A DNA stretch of 64,000 bases, from assembly GCA_964016885.1 (NCBI GenBank), contig OZ024751.1, positions 47,244,001 through 47,308,000 on the forward strand. The letters are read 5' to 3'. Shown piece after piece: positions 27,430 to 42,600 of this stretch (position 1 is the stretch's first letter; each line of letters begins with the position of its first letter). The stretch is from Eledone cirrhosa. Its lineage: Eukaryota. Under the pieces are notes generated by a model, which did not search any database, was not told where the DNA came from, and saw only the letters and a program-made list of their open reading frames with translations. The translations under genes and the position numbers were made by a program.

Positions 27430-30400
27430 CACATAAGAAATGGAGAATAAGTGGTGCGACGAATAAGATTTATTAGACATATTACAATCCCACACCAATT
27501 ATATATACATATATTTACTTCATTGTATTAATTAATGAAAAAAAAACATTTTTCTGACACAAAGTCACACTTGATTATGAGTGACTCCTGAAATATATAT
27601 ACACTCACACTCACACGTATATTTGTGCATGTTTCTGTGGAATACTCAGCTGTTTATAGCCATTCATGAGATCAGTGCTCAGTATTCAACATTAAGGTAA
27701 CAGTGTGTGTGTATGTGTCTATCTGTGTGTGTGTGTGTATGTTTACCTGTGTGTCTGTGTGTGTGAGTCTATGTGAGTGTGTGGTTACTGATGTTCACTT
27801 CTATGTCCGTGATCTTCTCCAGTAAATCAAGGAATCAGTGTCCACCCCAAACTACCCTGTCTTCTTTTGTTCTCATCACTTAGCCACAACACTTGCCCAA
27901 TCTGAAGAAGGAACTGATGGATGTCGATGAAATACAAACCCTCATTCTCAACTTTTTGATAGATTTGGCACAAGTGCAGGTACTGTGTGTGTATATATAT
28001 TTATATATTTATATATTACACTTTCTCTCACCTGACAGCTGAGCTCTTGCCATTTAAACAGCTAGTTCCATAACTAGTTTTTGAAATGGCAAGAGCTCAG
28101 CTGTCGGGTCCCGACTCTTTATAATATAGTCTTACGCTACTATCCCAAGTATCAAGTACTCTGTTGAGTAATGGTCTAACCAGTTTTAAACTGGTTCTAT
28201 CCTGATTTATATATATATACATCGAGTGCTCATATTGAATTAAATACCTCTCCTTGTTCGTCATGTTTTACTAGCTCTATACGGACGTTTAAATTAAGTA
28301 AATAATTTTTTTTTTGTTTCTGTCCCTGCTCACTCTACTCTTTCTTTCTGTTTCTTCTTTAATTTCTCATTCTATTTTCTGATGAAGGACTAGTGTCCGA
28401 AACATTAAGACTTTTCCTATTATATTAAGCATGAAACTAATATATATCCTCATTGTACTTCATCTATTGTGATTTATCCATTTACTTTTCACACACACAC
28501 TTATATGTATATAAAATTGTTTTCCACAGTTCAGCACCAAAAAAGTAAACCGTATTGATGTGTTAGATGTTGATGATATTCCAGTCCAAGATATTTGGAG
28601 TCTTTTCCGTATCTATATAAAACGGTAAGCCACATGTTTATTATTCCAGCTTTGCCACTTTCATCCTCCATTATGGGGTTGATAAAATAAAGTACCAGTA
28701 ATGTATTATAGTCGGTTTATTCGTCTTCCCACCTTCCTCAAAATTGTTGACCTTGTACCTAAATCAGAAACTATTATTCAAAAGGGTGGTGGATTGGCAG
28801 TAATTGGTAGAGCGTCAGACACCATGCTTTGCAGCATAGAGTTATGTCCCTTTACATTCTGAGTTAAAATCCTGTGAGGTTAACATTGACTTTCATCCTT
28901 ATGGAGGTTGATAAAATAAAGTACCAGTAATGCACTGGGGTAATTGCTGGCCTTGTGCCAAAAGTAGAAACAATTACGCAATAGTTTCTTTATCTTCTTC
29001 CAAAGTCTGTTGATTTAAATAAAGTGTGTTTTGCTCTTGAATACTGTAGGCCCTTACTCCACCATATCCTTCCACCTGTCCCAGGGACCCTGAAAACAAT
29101 CATTGGGGGCTGCCGTTTCCCCTCTCACTAAGCCATGCCTTTAATGGAATTTAGGAGCAAGATAAAACACATTTCACAAACCCTTTTTTTTTTGACATTT
29201 TTAATGTTTCTGACAATAATTGTATTTTTTCTTTTTTTTTTTTTCCAATTTTTTTTAGGGACAACTTTGCAAAAGCTGGGTCCTTGATTCAACTCCTTCA
29301 TTGTCTTTTACCTGTGATGACATCACTGAATGAAGATCAAAAGGTTTGTTCATTTGCAGTAAACACTTCTTCAGTCTTACTCTTCTTTCTTTTTAGGAAT
29401 CATTTGTGTGTATGTGAGTACATGTGTGTATGTGTGTATGTGTGTGCGTATGTGTGTGCGTGTAGGGGGTAGAATGAGCTTGATTGTTGTTGCTGTCTGA
29501 GGAGGGGTAGAGAGAGAGAGAGAGAGAATTGAAGCCACAACTGTTGGCGGCTGTTGATAAAATAACTGTATTTTATATTGTGTATATTTTCAGGTTGCTA
29601 TTGTAGAAATGTTCCATTATTTATGCCAGACATTGGATAATCAATCTAACAATCACACTCCCATGTACAAAATGATCCAACAACTGATTTATGATGGTGA
29701 TTATTATTATTATTTCATTTATTTTGCTTTATGTTCATACGAGTTATCTCCAAGTCACAACCAATGACCTCAAGAGACAACCAGGTCTGCCATGTTCAAG
29801 AAAGAACACATACACACATACATGTATCTTTAGGTGTTTAGACCTGTGATGTATTTATATTGACAGAATCTTCCTTAGTATATGGGCAGTTCCCATTAGT
29901 ACTATCGTATATGGGCAGTTCCCTATTATTATTATTATTATTATTACTACTATTGGAGGGCGGTGGATTTACAGTATCGGTAGAGGGTCGGACACCATGC
30001 TTTGCAGTATAGAGTTACGGCCCTTTATGATCTGAGTTTAAATCCCACCGAGGTTATCTTTGCTTTTCATCCTTATAGGATCGATAAAATAAAGCACCAG
30101 TAACATATTGGGGTCAATTTAATTGACTTTCCCCTCTCCCAAAATTGCTGGCCTATATAAGAAACAATTATTAATACTATTATTAATATCAATCTTTTGC
30201 CTTTCATCCTTACGGGGTAGATAAAATAAAGTACCAGTAATGCACTGGGTAATTGTTGGCCTTGTGCCAAAAGTAGAAACAATTATTGTTATCAATACTA
30301 TTATCATTATTCTCTCTCCCTTTCATATTTGTTCAGTCATCCACTCTCACTTTCCATCACACATTCACTCCATCACACACTCACACCTCCCTTTCACTCC

Positions 30401-30598
30401 CTCTCACTCACACCTCCCATTCAGTCACTCTTTCTCACTCACTCCTTCACTCACACTCACACTCTGTGTACTCTGTTTTAAGGTGCTGCAGTGTTTTTCC
30501 CTGATAAAGAATCCCGTGGCAGTAAACTCCTTGGTTTAATGGATGATGTTGAGGTCAGTGGTACTATTTTATTGTAACTTATTAATAATAATCTCTCC

Positions 30599-30638
<40 letters not shown>

Positions 30639-33421
30639 ATTTGCCTGTCTGTCTATTTGTCTACCTATCTATTTGTCTGCTGCCTGGTGGAGTGTGTGTG
30701 TTTGCAGAGCTGCCAACCTCTAAAATCCCAAACAGGAAGTACCATGAAAAGAATGCCCCAAAACGGGGAGAAATGAGGCAAAATGGGGAGATTTTTACAT
30801 AATGAAAGCTGTACCCATTTTCACAAGAGAAGACATCTCTCATCCACCCCAAGGTGGGTGGGAGATCTTCCAGTCGGACAGGGAGAGTTGACAGGTCTGG
30901 TGTGTGTGAGGTTAAAAGATATCAACAAAACAGCACCACGTTTGAAATAATAATAATAATAATGATTTCTTTATTAGCCACACAGGGCTCACATTAAGGA
31001 AACATTAAAGAAAGCACAAGACGATATAGATACAGTGTGGGTTTTTCTTTGTGTAAAATAAAATTTATAAAAGAGACTAAGAATATAAACATTAATAATT
31101 ACAACATATATGTATATACAATTGTGTTATTTATTCACAGAAGCTAATAGAGAAGCCATCAGTCCAACTGGTCTTTCAGTCCCTTTGTCAGTTCTATACT
31201 ACAGCTGATCCCATGAGTTTGCTATATTTACCCAGTGGTAATCTAGACAAAGCCGAGGTATGTACAATGTTTAACTGTTATATATATATATATATATACT
31301 CTAGTCTTGGTGCAACTATAAAATGCACCTGGTACACTCTGTAAAGTGGCTGGTGATAGGAATTGTATCCAGCATCCAACCATAGAAAGCTAGCTAAACA
31401 AAGATTTGAGAGAACTCTCCATTTGTGTTGAAGACATGAACAGCTACCCACGTGCTGTTTCTTGTGGTATGACACACACCCAGTACACTCTGTAAACTAT
31501 GAGAACATATACTCAGAAGGTAGAAGAAGCTTTTCACTTTCTTCTTGCTAAAAAAGAGGATGTAGTGGGTTTCATTCTGGCTACTTACATCATCATCATC
31601 GTTTAATGTCCATCTTCCATGCTATCCTATCCAACCTATGCCAGCATGGAAAAGTCAACATAAAAACAAGGATGAGGATTACACATTAGGTAATTCCTGA
31701 ACTAGCTTTAACCTGTTGACTGGTGCATATATTTTACTCAGCTACAGTTGATGTGCCAGGTTTCTTTTTCAGTAAAATGATTATTTTTTTAAACAAACAT
31801 TTATTAACAACACATATCTGAATGACAAATGTCACATCAATAAACTAGTAACCCCATCTATCTTTGAAGTTATGAACTGTTGGAAACGAGTTTATAACTT
31901 TGAAGTTATGAACTGTTGGAAATGAGTTCAAACATGTTAGGATGAGTTATCTCATCCATGGCACTGGAATGCATACATGTTAGGACGAGTTATCTCATCT
32001 ACAGAACTGAAGAGGTTAAGTCTAAGTATCCATCTTGGAAATGTTGACCTTTCTCAATAAATTTTTTTCTTCTTGACCTTTCAGAATTTTGACAGCCAGA
32101 AGACGTTGGCGTTGCTGGAGAATCTGATTTCTGTGATATACCGTGACTTTTGTGATGTTGTCAACCAAAATTCCACCAATGACCAGTTATTGCCTCTTCA
32201 CAGTCTCTTTAGTTCACTACAGGCCACTGTCACCTACTGGTGTTGGCAACATTTAAATTCAAATGAAGACAACAACAAAGCTATTGCAAAACATATTTTT
32301 CTAAGATGTAAGACGACTGTTAGACCTATGTTTGTAGTTATTGTTGTGGTTGTGGTTATAATTATTGTTATAGTTATTGTTGTTGTTATAATTATTGTTG
32401 TAGTTATTGTTGTACTTATTGTTGTACTTATTGTTGTACTTACTGTTGTACTTATTGTTGTGGTTATATAATATATTATATATATATATGTACATACAAT
32501 TATATATATATATGGAGGCACTTGGCCTTGCAATTGAAAGGTTGTGAGTTCAATTCTCAGACCGGGTGATGTGTTGTTTCCTTGAGCAAGACACTTTATT
32601 TTACATTGCTCCAGTTTACTCAGCTGTAGAAATGAGATGATAGAGACAGGGGTCCATATCATTCCACTGCAAAGTGGTCGTGGAGGTGCCACGGCAAAAA
32701 AGCACCCAGCACTCACTGTAAATGAGGTTGGTGTTAGGAAGGGCATCCAGCTGTAGAAATCAAGCCAGAATCAGTTCCTGTCCCACCCTTGCAAGCAGGG
32801 AAAAGCGGACGTAAAATGAAATGATGATGAATGATGATATATGTACATACAATTATATATATATATGTACATACAATTATATATATATATGTACATACAA
32901 TTATATATATATGTATATATATATGTACATACAATTATATATATATATATATATATATGTACATACAATTATATATATATATATGTACATACAATTATAT
33001 ATATATATATATGGAGGCACATGGCTTAGTGGTTAGAGCATTGGCCTTGCAATCGAAAGGTTGTGAGTTCAATTCTCAGACCGGGTGATGTGTTGTTTCC
33101 TTGAGCAAGACACTTTATTTCACATTGCTCCAGTTTACTCAGCTGTAGAAATGAGATGATAGGACTGGGGTGCCTATCATTCCACTGCAAACTGGTCGTG
33201 GAGGTGCCATGGCAAAAAAGCACCCAGCACTCACTGTAAATGAGGTTGGTGTTAGGAAGGGCATCCAGCTGTAGAAATCAAGCCAGCATCAGTTCCCGTC
33301 CTACCCTTGCAAGCAGGGAAAAGCGGACGTAAAATGAAATGATGATGATGATGATGATGTACATACAATTATATATATATATATATATGTACATACAGTT
33401 ATATATATATATGTACATAAA

Positions 33422-33452
<31 letters not shown>

Positions 33453-35328
33453 AGAGTCAGGAACTAGCAATTGAAACAGCAGGAGCTCAGCCGTCGGGTC
33501 CTGACTCTTTATAATATAGCTAAACTCTGTTACCTAATCCATATTTCCTAATTTATTGTTTTTTGTTTTTTGTTTTTTTTACCAGTTTCTCTATCTATTG
33601 CTCAGAAGGTAGAAGAGGCATTTCAATTCCTTCTTGCCAAAAAAGATGATGTGGTAAGTTTCATTCTGGCTACTTATTATTTTTATTTCAAATTTTTCTG
33701 AATTAACTATGCAATGTTAACAAAATATGGAGTATCCCCTGTTTGTCTGGACACAACATGACCCCATAGTTACTAACTTTGTTTTCCGAATCAGGAGGTC
33801 CTGGGTTTTAATGAGGTGTAATCATGTAGGAGGGTGGCTAAAATTGTGTAGCTATGAGCCATATGTATGTATGGTCTTGTCACTCATGATGGAGTCGAAG
33901 GAGTGCTGTAGTGGCATATGGCATTTCTTGGGCATTTTAAGCTTGGCAGAGCCCATCTCTCTCCATAACAACAACAAAACAACAATTACAACAACAACAT
34001 TTACAATAACAACAATATTATTTACAATAATTACAGTAACAACTATAACAATAGTAACAATAAAACAGTAACAATAACAACAGCACTATATTAAATTTCT
34101 AACTTGTAAGTCTTGTGATACCATATGTAACCTTGATATATATATTGTATTTAAAACTAAATATCTTTAAATCTTGGATATCATTGTGATTTCATTCTAT
34201 TTTTTCTTCTCAAACAGATTGAAGTTTTACCAAAACTGGATAAACTTTTTCCTTCATTACCATTTCGACAATTGGTGAGTAGTAAATTAATAATAAACAT
34301 GATCTACTTGTTGTGGCTGTCTGATTTCATATTTACTGTTTGTAGTTGTGTCAAGGACATGACAGCCTCCCTCGTACTGGTGATCTACACAATAAAAGCA
34401 CACAGTTCATGCTGTAGTGTGGTTGATGTTAGGAAGGGCATCTAGCTTCAGAAAGCTTGCCAATCAAAGGGTCAGAAAGACCCTTTAATTTTGTCAAGGA
34501 TCTGACAACCACTCTAGTGCTGGTGATCTATACAATAAAAGCACCCAGTTCATGCTGTAAAGTGGTTGATGTTAGGAAGGGCATCCAACCATAGAAAGCT
34601 TGCCAAATAAGAGTTTAGGAGGTCCCTCCAGTTTATGTCAAAAGACATGACTTCTTCTCTGCACTCCCTGGCTTGCCTGTGGGATCAGTAGCCCAACTTC
34701 AATACTGACTTGGTCTGTGTAGACCCTGGCTAAATGATGATGATTTTGGTTATCATCATTATTGTTATTATCATTAGGGCGGTGGATTGGCAGTATCGGT
34801 AGAACGTTGGACACCATGCTTTGTGGCATAGTTATGTCCCTTTACAATCAGAGTTCAAATCCTGCCAAGGTTATCTTATATATCCTTGTATATATCTACT
34901 TTCATTATTTTGTCTCTGTTCTCTTACCATATGTTTCATTGATTGTGTTTGTGTTTATTTCAGTTAATTTTACTAAGTTCCACCATAGAGGTACTGGACC
35001 CAGAGTCACGTTGTTTACTGTTGCAACATTTCAAACCAATTCTACTTCAACTGCGACAGTTATCTATAGAGCTAGAGGAGCTTTTCCCTGATGTAAGTTG
35101 CCAATCTAAATAAATCTCTTAGAAATGGTAAGGCTGGACTACGTGTGTCGTATTATTTAGTTTTGCTCCCTTTCCTCATGATTTAAGCTGTATGAAACAA
35201 GACTATTCTAGTAGAATTCTTTTCTAATTGAATTAAATTTCATACCTTCTCTACTGGATGCATTGAGTACCTTACTTTACTGTGATCTTCCATTCCTAAA
35301 TACACAGAAACACACATATACACACAGG

Positions 35329-35377
<49 letters not shown>

Positions 35378-36633
35378 ACATATACACACAGGCAGACACA
35401 TACACAGACACACACACACACATATAAACACAAACACACACACACACAGGCACACCCACACACACCTACACCCAGGCACTCACTTCTAGATTAGTAATTA
35501 TTGTTGATTAATATTTTCAGCTTTCTCACAATTTCTGGGTGAATGAGAATAAAGATGATGTAATTCTGAAGGTGTGGCAAGTGGAATCACCGACTTGTTA
35601 TGACAGTAAAGAACAGATATCTCAGGTATAGACATTCCTCATTCTTATCCTTTTTTTATGTTTTCGTTTTTAATTCTTAACCCTTTAGCTTTTAAACTGG
35701 CCACATCCGGCCAGAATTCTTCTCACCTCTTTCTGTTCAAACCGGCTGTAACCAGCTGCTCATACTGATATTATTCTCAAAATAAATAACGTCAAAATCA
35801 CGTAGATTCAATATTATGTAAGATAAAGCATTTACCACAAAAATACAATAGTATATATAAAGTAATGTAAATACTAAAGGGTTAATGTATATAGATTGGG
35901 TCGACAGGACTTTTCAGTTGTGTTGAGGTCATGGCAACCTTATTAGCTTTGGTATTATGATAAAACACACAACACACCCAGTACCTTTTGTAAAGGTGAC
36001 TGTAGTGTGCAGTGTATATGGAATAAATAGAATTGAAGTCACTGTTGCAACATATGGAATATTATAATTGGAGGCACATGGCTTAGTGGTTAGAGCATTG
36101 GCCTTGCAATCGAAGGGTTGTGAGTTCAATTCTCAGACCGGGTGATGTGTTGTTTCCTTGAGCAAGACACTTTATTTCACATTGCTCCAGTTTACTCAGC
36201 TGTAGAAATGAGATGATAGGGACTGGGGGTCCATATCATTCCACTGCAAAGTGGTCGTGGAGGTGCCACGGCAAAAAAGCACCCAGCACTCACTGTAAAT
36301 GAGGTTGGTGTTAGGAAGGGCATCCAGCTGTAGAAATCAAGCCAGAATCAGTTCCCGTCCCACCCTTGCAAGCAGGGAAAAAGCGGACGTAAAATGAAAT
36401 GATGATGATGATGATGATTTCAATATTGATCAGCGTGGGAGAAGATTATTTGAGACTTGAGAGTAAATCCTATCCAGGTTGATCTCAGATTAATTCAATT
36501 TAATTAGAAAATTATTTTTCATCTTTGCAGGTTTTCCTTTGTCCAGGTGCCTCAAAAATGGTTGTGAACTTTGACAGCTGTTGTGAAACTGAAAGCAGGT
36601 ATTTACAAATACATGAATGCATATATGCAAATG

Positions 36634-36682
<49 letters not shown>

Positions 36683-39600
36683 TCATATGTACATATATAC
36701 ATAACATTCATATGAAAATATGTACCTAATGTGTGTATGTATATATGTACATACATATGGTATGTATATATATACATAACATTCATATGTAAATATGTAC
36801 ATAACATGTACACAAATATGTATATAACATGTACATAACATGTTATATACATATGTGAAGGTTAGGTGGCTTAGTGGTCAGAGAGTTGGACTTGCACTCA
36901 TGAGGTTGTGAGTTCAATTCAAGGACCAGATGATGCATTGTGTCTTTGAGCAAGACACTTTATTTCACGTTGCTTCAATTTACTCAGCTGTAGAAATGAG
37001 TTGTGATGGCTCTGGCACCAAGCTGTATTGGCCATTGCCTTTCCCTTGGATGACATCCGTGGTAGGCATGGGCAAATGCTGGTCTTCCACAAAAACACCT
37101 TGTCTGGGTTTGTGCTCTTGAAGGGAAACGTTTTAGGTGCAAATCCCATGGTCATTGGTGACCAAATGGGGTATACATAACTGTGTAGGTGTCATGACAA
37201 AAGGCACCCAGTACTCACTATAAATGAGGTTGGTGTTAGGAAGGGCATCCAGCTGTAGAAACCAAGCCAAAATCAGTTCTGTATGAGCAAAACTTGGTCC
37301 CCTGACCCAGCATTGCCCATAACAGGACAACTCGTCTAACCCATACTAGTCTGGAAAATGGACGTTAAACAGTGATGGTGATGATGATGATGATAACTGC
37401 TGGATCAGTTCAATAACCAGTTAGTTTCTTGAAATATTTTGTCCACTCGGCTGAGTCTGATTGATGTATTTATTGTTACAGGTTCGATTATCTCCAGTTC
37501 AAAGACAGTGCCGGCAAATCTTTCCGTTTCCACTACAAAGTAGGTATGGCAGACTGGCCTTCGACCTTCACCTTTGATGGATCATCACTGTACTTCAACT
37601 GTAAATCTGAAACTCGCAAAACAGATTGGGAATATAAGTTTCAAGTAAGTGATATAATATTGTATATCTACCATAGTATGCAGAAAAATGTATGTATGGT
37701 CCCGTAACTCCTGATAGAGTCGTAGGGGCGCTGTATTAACATACACCGTTTCTTGGGCATTTTAAGCCTGGCGGAGCTCATCCCTCTCCAGGTCTGAGTA
37801 TAGCAGATTTCTTCCAGAGAAAGATAGAAAGTGAGAGAGAGGAAATGAGGAAGATAGAAAGGGATATAGAGGAAGAATCAACCCCAGTACTAGACTGGTA
37901 CTTTTTTTATCGACCTTGAAAGGATGCAAGGCAAAATTGACCTTGGAATGTATACAGTAGTATATAAAATATTGTATGTATACCATAGTAATGTATGTAT
38001 ATTGTAGTATAGGATTATGAACACCATAGTATATAGAATGTTGTATATATACCATAGTATATAGAGTAATGTATGTATATGGTAGTGTAAAGAGTAATGT
38101 ATGTATATGGCAGTATATACTCATGTATAACCCTTTAGCATTTAAACTGGCCATATCTGGCCAGATTACTCTCATCTCTTTCTGTTCATAGCAGCTGTAA
38201 CCAGCCACTCATACTGATGTTAAGGTATGGTTCTCAAAATAAATAATATCGATATCTCATAGATTCGATATTATATGAGATAATTATGTGGGGTAAAGCC
38301 TTTACCACGAAAATACAATAGTAAATATAGAGTAATGTAAATGCTAATGGGTTAACTCACACTTTCAAAAATACAAATATATATTTCAAAAATATAAATA
38401 TATATTTCAAAAATATAAATATATATTACAAAAATATAAATATATATTACAAAAATATAAATATATATTATAAAAATATAAATATATATTATAAAAATAT
38501 AAATATATATTTCAAAAATATAAATATATATTACAAAACTATAAATATATATTACAAAATTATAAATATATATTAGAAAAATATAAATATATATTTCAAG
38601 AATATAAATATATATTACAAAAATATAAATATATATTACAAAAATATAAATATATATTACAAAAATACAAATATATATTACAAGAATATAAATAAATATT
38701 ACAAAAATATAAATATATATTACAAAAATATAAATATATATTACAAAAATATAAATATATATTACAAAACTATAAATATATATTACAAAATTATAAATAT
38801 ATATTAGAAAAATATAAATATATATTTCAAGAATATAAATATATATTACAAAAATATAAATATATATTACAAAAATATAAATATATATTATAAAAATATA
38901 AATATATATTATAAAAATATAAATATATATTACAAAAATATAAATATATATTATAAAAATATAAATATATATTTCAAAAATATAAATATATATTACAAAA
39001 ATATAAATATATATTATAAAAATATAAATATATATTATAAAAATATAAATATATATTTCAAAAATATAAATATATATTACAAAACTATAAATATATATTA
39101 CAAAATTATAAATATATATTAGAAAAATATAAATATATATTTCAAGAATATAAATATATATTACAAAAATATAAATATATATTACAAAAATATAAATATA
39201 TATTACAAAAATACAAATATATATTACAAGAATATAAATATATATTACAAAAATATATGTTGTTTACTCGAGAGAAGGCTACGTTGGTATGGACACGTGA
39301 TGCGCATGAAAGTCGATAGCTGTATAACAAAGTGCAGGGCAATAAAGATAGACGGTAGTCACGGAATAGGCAGACCTAGAAAAACCTGGGACGAGCTGAT
39401 AAACTCCGACATCACACACTTACACCTCTCCAAGACAATGTCACTGGACCGAGACCTTTGGCGGTACTCAGTAACAGAGAAGACCCGCCTTACCTAAATA
39501 CATAGTAAAACCTACTCCAGCCAGTAGGCATCTCTAACAAAATACACCCCGTCCCACCACCCCCACCCCCACCCCATCCACGCCACCCCGTTCTATGTAA

Positions 39601-42600
39601 AGTTATGTTGGTGCCAGAAAATCCAGGCCGAAACAAATGAGATCGTGTAGGTGTCACGACAAAAAAACACACAGTCCACGCTGTAATGTGGCCGTGTAGG
39701 CAACACGGTAAAAACCTCCCAGACCCACACTGTAAATGTGGTTGGTGTTAGGAAGGGCATCCAACTGTAGAAAACCTGCCAGACAGTCCTATGCGAGCAA
39801 GACAATCACTCTTGCCTCAAGTGGGACTACCCCCGTCCAAACCCATGCAAGCGTGGAACACGGACGTTAAACGTTGATGATGATGATGATAAATATATAT
39901 TACAAAAATATAAATATATATTACAAAAATATAAATATATATTACAAAAATATAAATATATATTACAAAAATATAAATATATATTACAAAAATGCAAATA
40001 TATATTTCAAGAATGCATTCTGTTTTTTTTTCTGTTAGGTGACTGCTCGGGGAAGTGCTGATACCATTTTGACCTGGCCTTACGACATGTTACTTCTATT
40101 GACCAAGTTTTTAGGCCAGTTGTGTGGGTCAACCATGTCAGCCAACCCAGGTAAGAAACATCACATTTTACTTCATTACAATCACTTTGAAGTTTGTGAT
40201 ATCTTTCTAACATTCCTTCTCGTTTTCTATCTCGTTAATCTGCATCACTTATATTATTTATTTGAGTAAGGGCGGTGGATTGGCAGTATCGGTTGAGGGC
40301 CGTACGCCATGCTTTCCAGCATAGTTACGTCCCTTTACGATCTGAGTTCAAATCCCGCCGAGGTTGACTTTGCCTTTCATCCTTACGGGGTCGATAAAAT
40401 AAAGTACCAGTAATGCACTGGGTAATTGCTGGCCTTGTGCCTAAAGTAGAAACAATTATTTATTTGAGTAAGGGTGGCGGATTGGCAGAATCAGTAGAGT
40501 GTCAGACGCCATACTTTGCAGCATAGAGTTATGGTCCTTTACGTTCTGAGCTCAAATTCCGCCGAGGTTAACTTTGCCTTTCACATCCTTACGGGGTCGA
40601 TAAAATAAAGCACCAGAACCGTACTGGGGTCGATTTAATTGCCCCCCCCCCCCCAATTACTGGCCTTGTGCCTATACTAGAAATCATTATTATTGTTTTG
40701 TTTTTTTCAGTGACAGGTAAAACTCCTATAATTTTACTATTTGATGAAAGCTCGGAAGATCTGTGTGACAGTGCTCTATGGACAACGATATTTCGTGGAG
40801 GTTATGTGACACCTGTCATTCAAAGGTCGCTGTCTGGCAACTATGTAAGCTGGTTATTATATACATACACATACACAATGTGCTCACACATACACATGTG
40901 CTCACACATACACACACACGTGCTCACACATACATACACACACACACGTGTTCACATATACATACACAATGTGCTCAGACATACACACATATGTGCTCAC
41001 ACATACACATGTGCTCACATATACAGTAGGGACTTCATAGTAAATACACTGATATCTAATTAAGGTGGGAACTTAAAGGACCTAATTAAGGTGGGGTCTT
41101 CAAGGTAAATAAACTTATCCAACCTAATTAAGGTGGGCACTTCAAGGTAAATAAACTTATCCAACCTAATGAAGATGGTGAATTGGTAGAAGCTTTAGAG
41201 TGTCAGATAAAACACCTTATAGTATTTATTCCAGCTCCTTGTATTCTGAGTTCAAATTTTACCCAGGTTAGCTTTACTTTTAATTCTTCAGGTATAAATA
41301 AAATACCAGGGAGATTAGTTTTGCTTTTCATCATTCTGGCATCCTTAACTGGATTGGTCAATTTATTAGGGTGTTGGATGAGATACCTTGTAGTATTTGT
41401 TCTGACTGATATGTATTCTGAGTTCAGATCCTTCTGTTGCCTGCTTTACCACCACAACATCAACATCAACAACATGGCTCTTGGATGCCTTTAGTAGAGT
41501 CAACTTTGTTGCAAGCATTAGTGCTAGGTCTTTAGTTTGAGGATACCTTACTCCCTTCCACCAGTCACAGAGACCCTGAAAAGGGCCATAGGCACTACCC
41601 CTCTCTCTTGACTAAGTAATGAAAAAAAAAAAAAAATTTACATGTTGTATATAACTAATAAAATGGTTCCTGCAGCAGTTTTGAAAATTGTCTTCAAGAA
41701 ATAGGTTCTTTCCTTCATTTCAATACTGTCTATTTTAACTGGTATTGAGTGCTACAGTGTCCCTATGGATTCTGATGATTTGTAAAAGAATTAACCCTTT
41801 ACTCCATCTCTGTAAATATTTCCAGTCGACCGATTCCAACCCAGATGTGCTCCAGTTGATAAATAACATGAATTCAGATCAACCTGGAATTGGACAGCAA
41901 CTACTACAACGGTAGGTTTTCTACTTCTTATAGTCAGTGTTACGTTTCAATCATCAGCATTCTCATCATCGGCATCACTGCCACCATTCAACCATCATCA
42001 TTATCATCATCATTACTGCCACCATTCAACCATCATCATTATCATCATCATTACTGCCACCATTCAACCATCATCATCATTATCATCATTACTGCCACCA
42101 TTCAACCATCATCATCATTATCATCGTCATTACTGCCACCAGCACCATCTCCATTACCTCTACCATCACCACTACCACTATCATCACCTTTACTACCACC
42201 AACATTCACCATCATCATTGTCATCATCATTATCATCGTCATTACTGCCACCATTCAACCATCATCATTATCATCATCATTACTGCCACCAGCACTATCA
42301 CCATCACCACTACCATTGCGGCTACCACTATCATCACCTTTACTACCACCAACATCAACCATCACTATCATCACCACCAGCATCATCATCATCATCACCA
42401 GTATCATCATCATCATCATCATCATCACCACCATCACCACCATTATCTCCACCATCACCACTACCACTATCATCGCCTTTATTACCACCATCAGCATCAA
42501 CACCAACCATCACGCCCACCACCATCATCATCACCATCGCCATCATCATTCTCATCATCAACAGCATCATAATTACCATCACTTTCATCACCACCACCAC

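Noticed and set aside
27823-27883. Upstream acceptor TCTCCAG for exon w24
   Set aside because: It is followed immediately by an in-frame TAA; the acceptor at 27883 gives an open frame.
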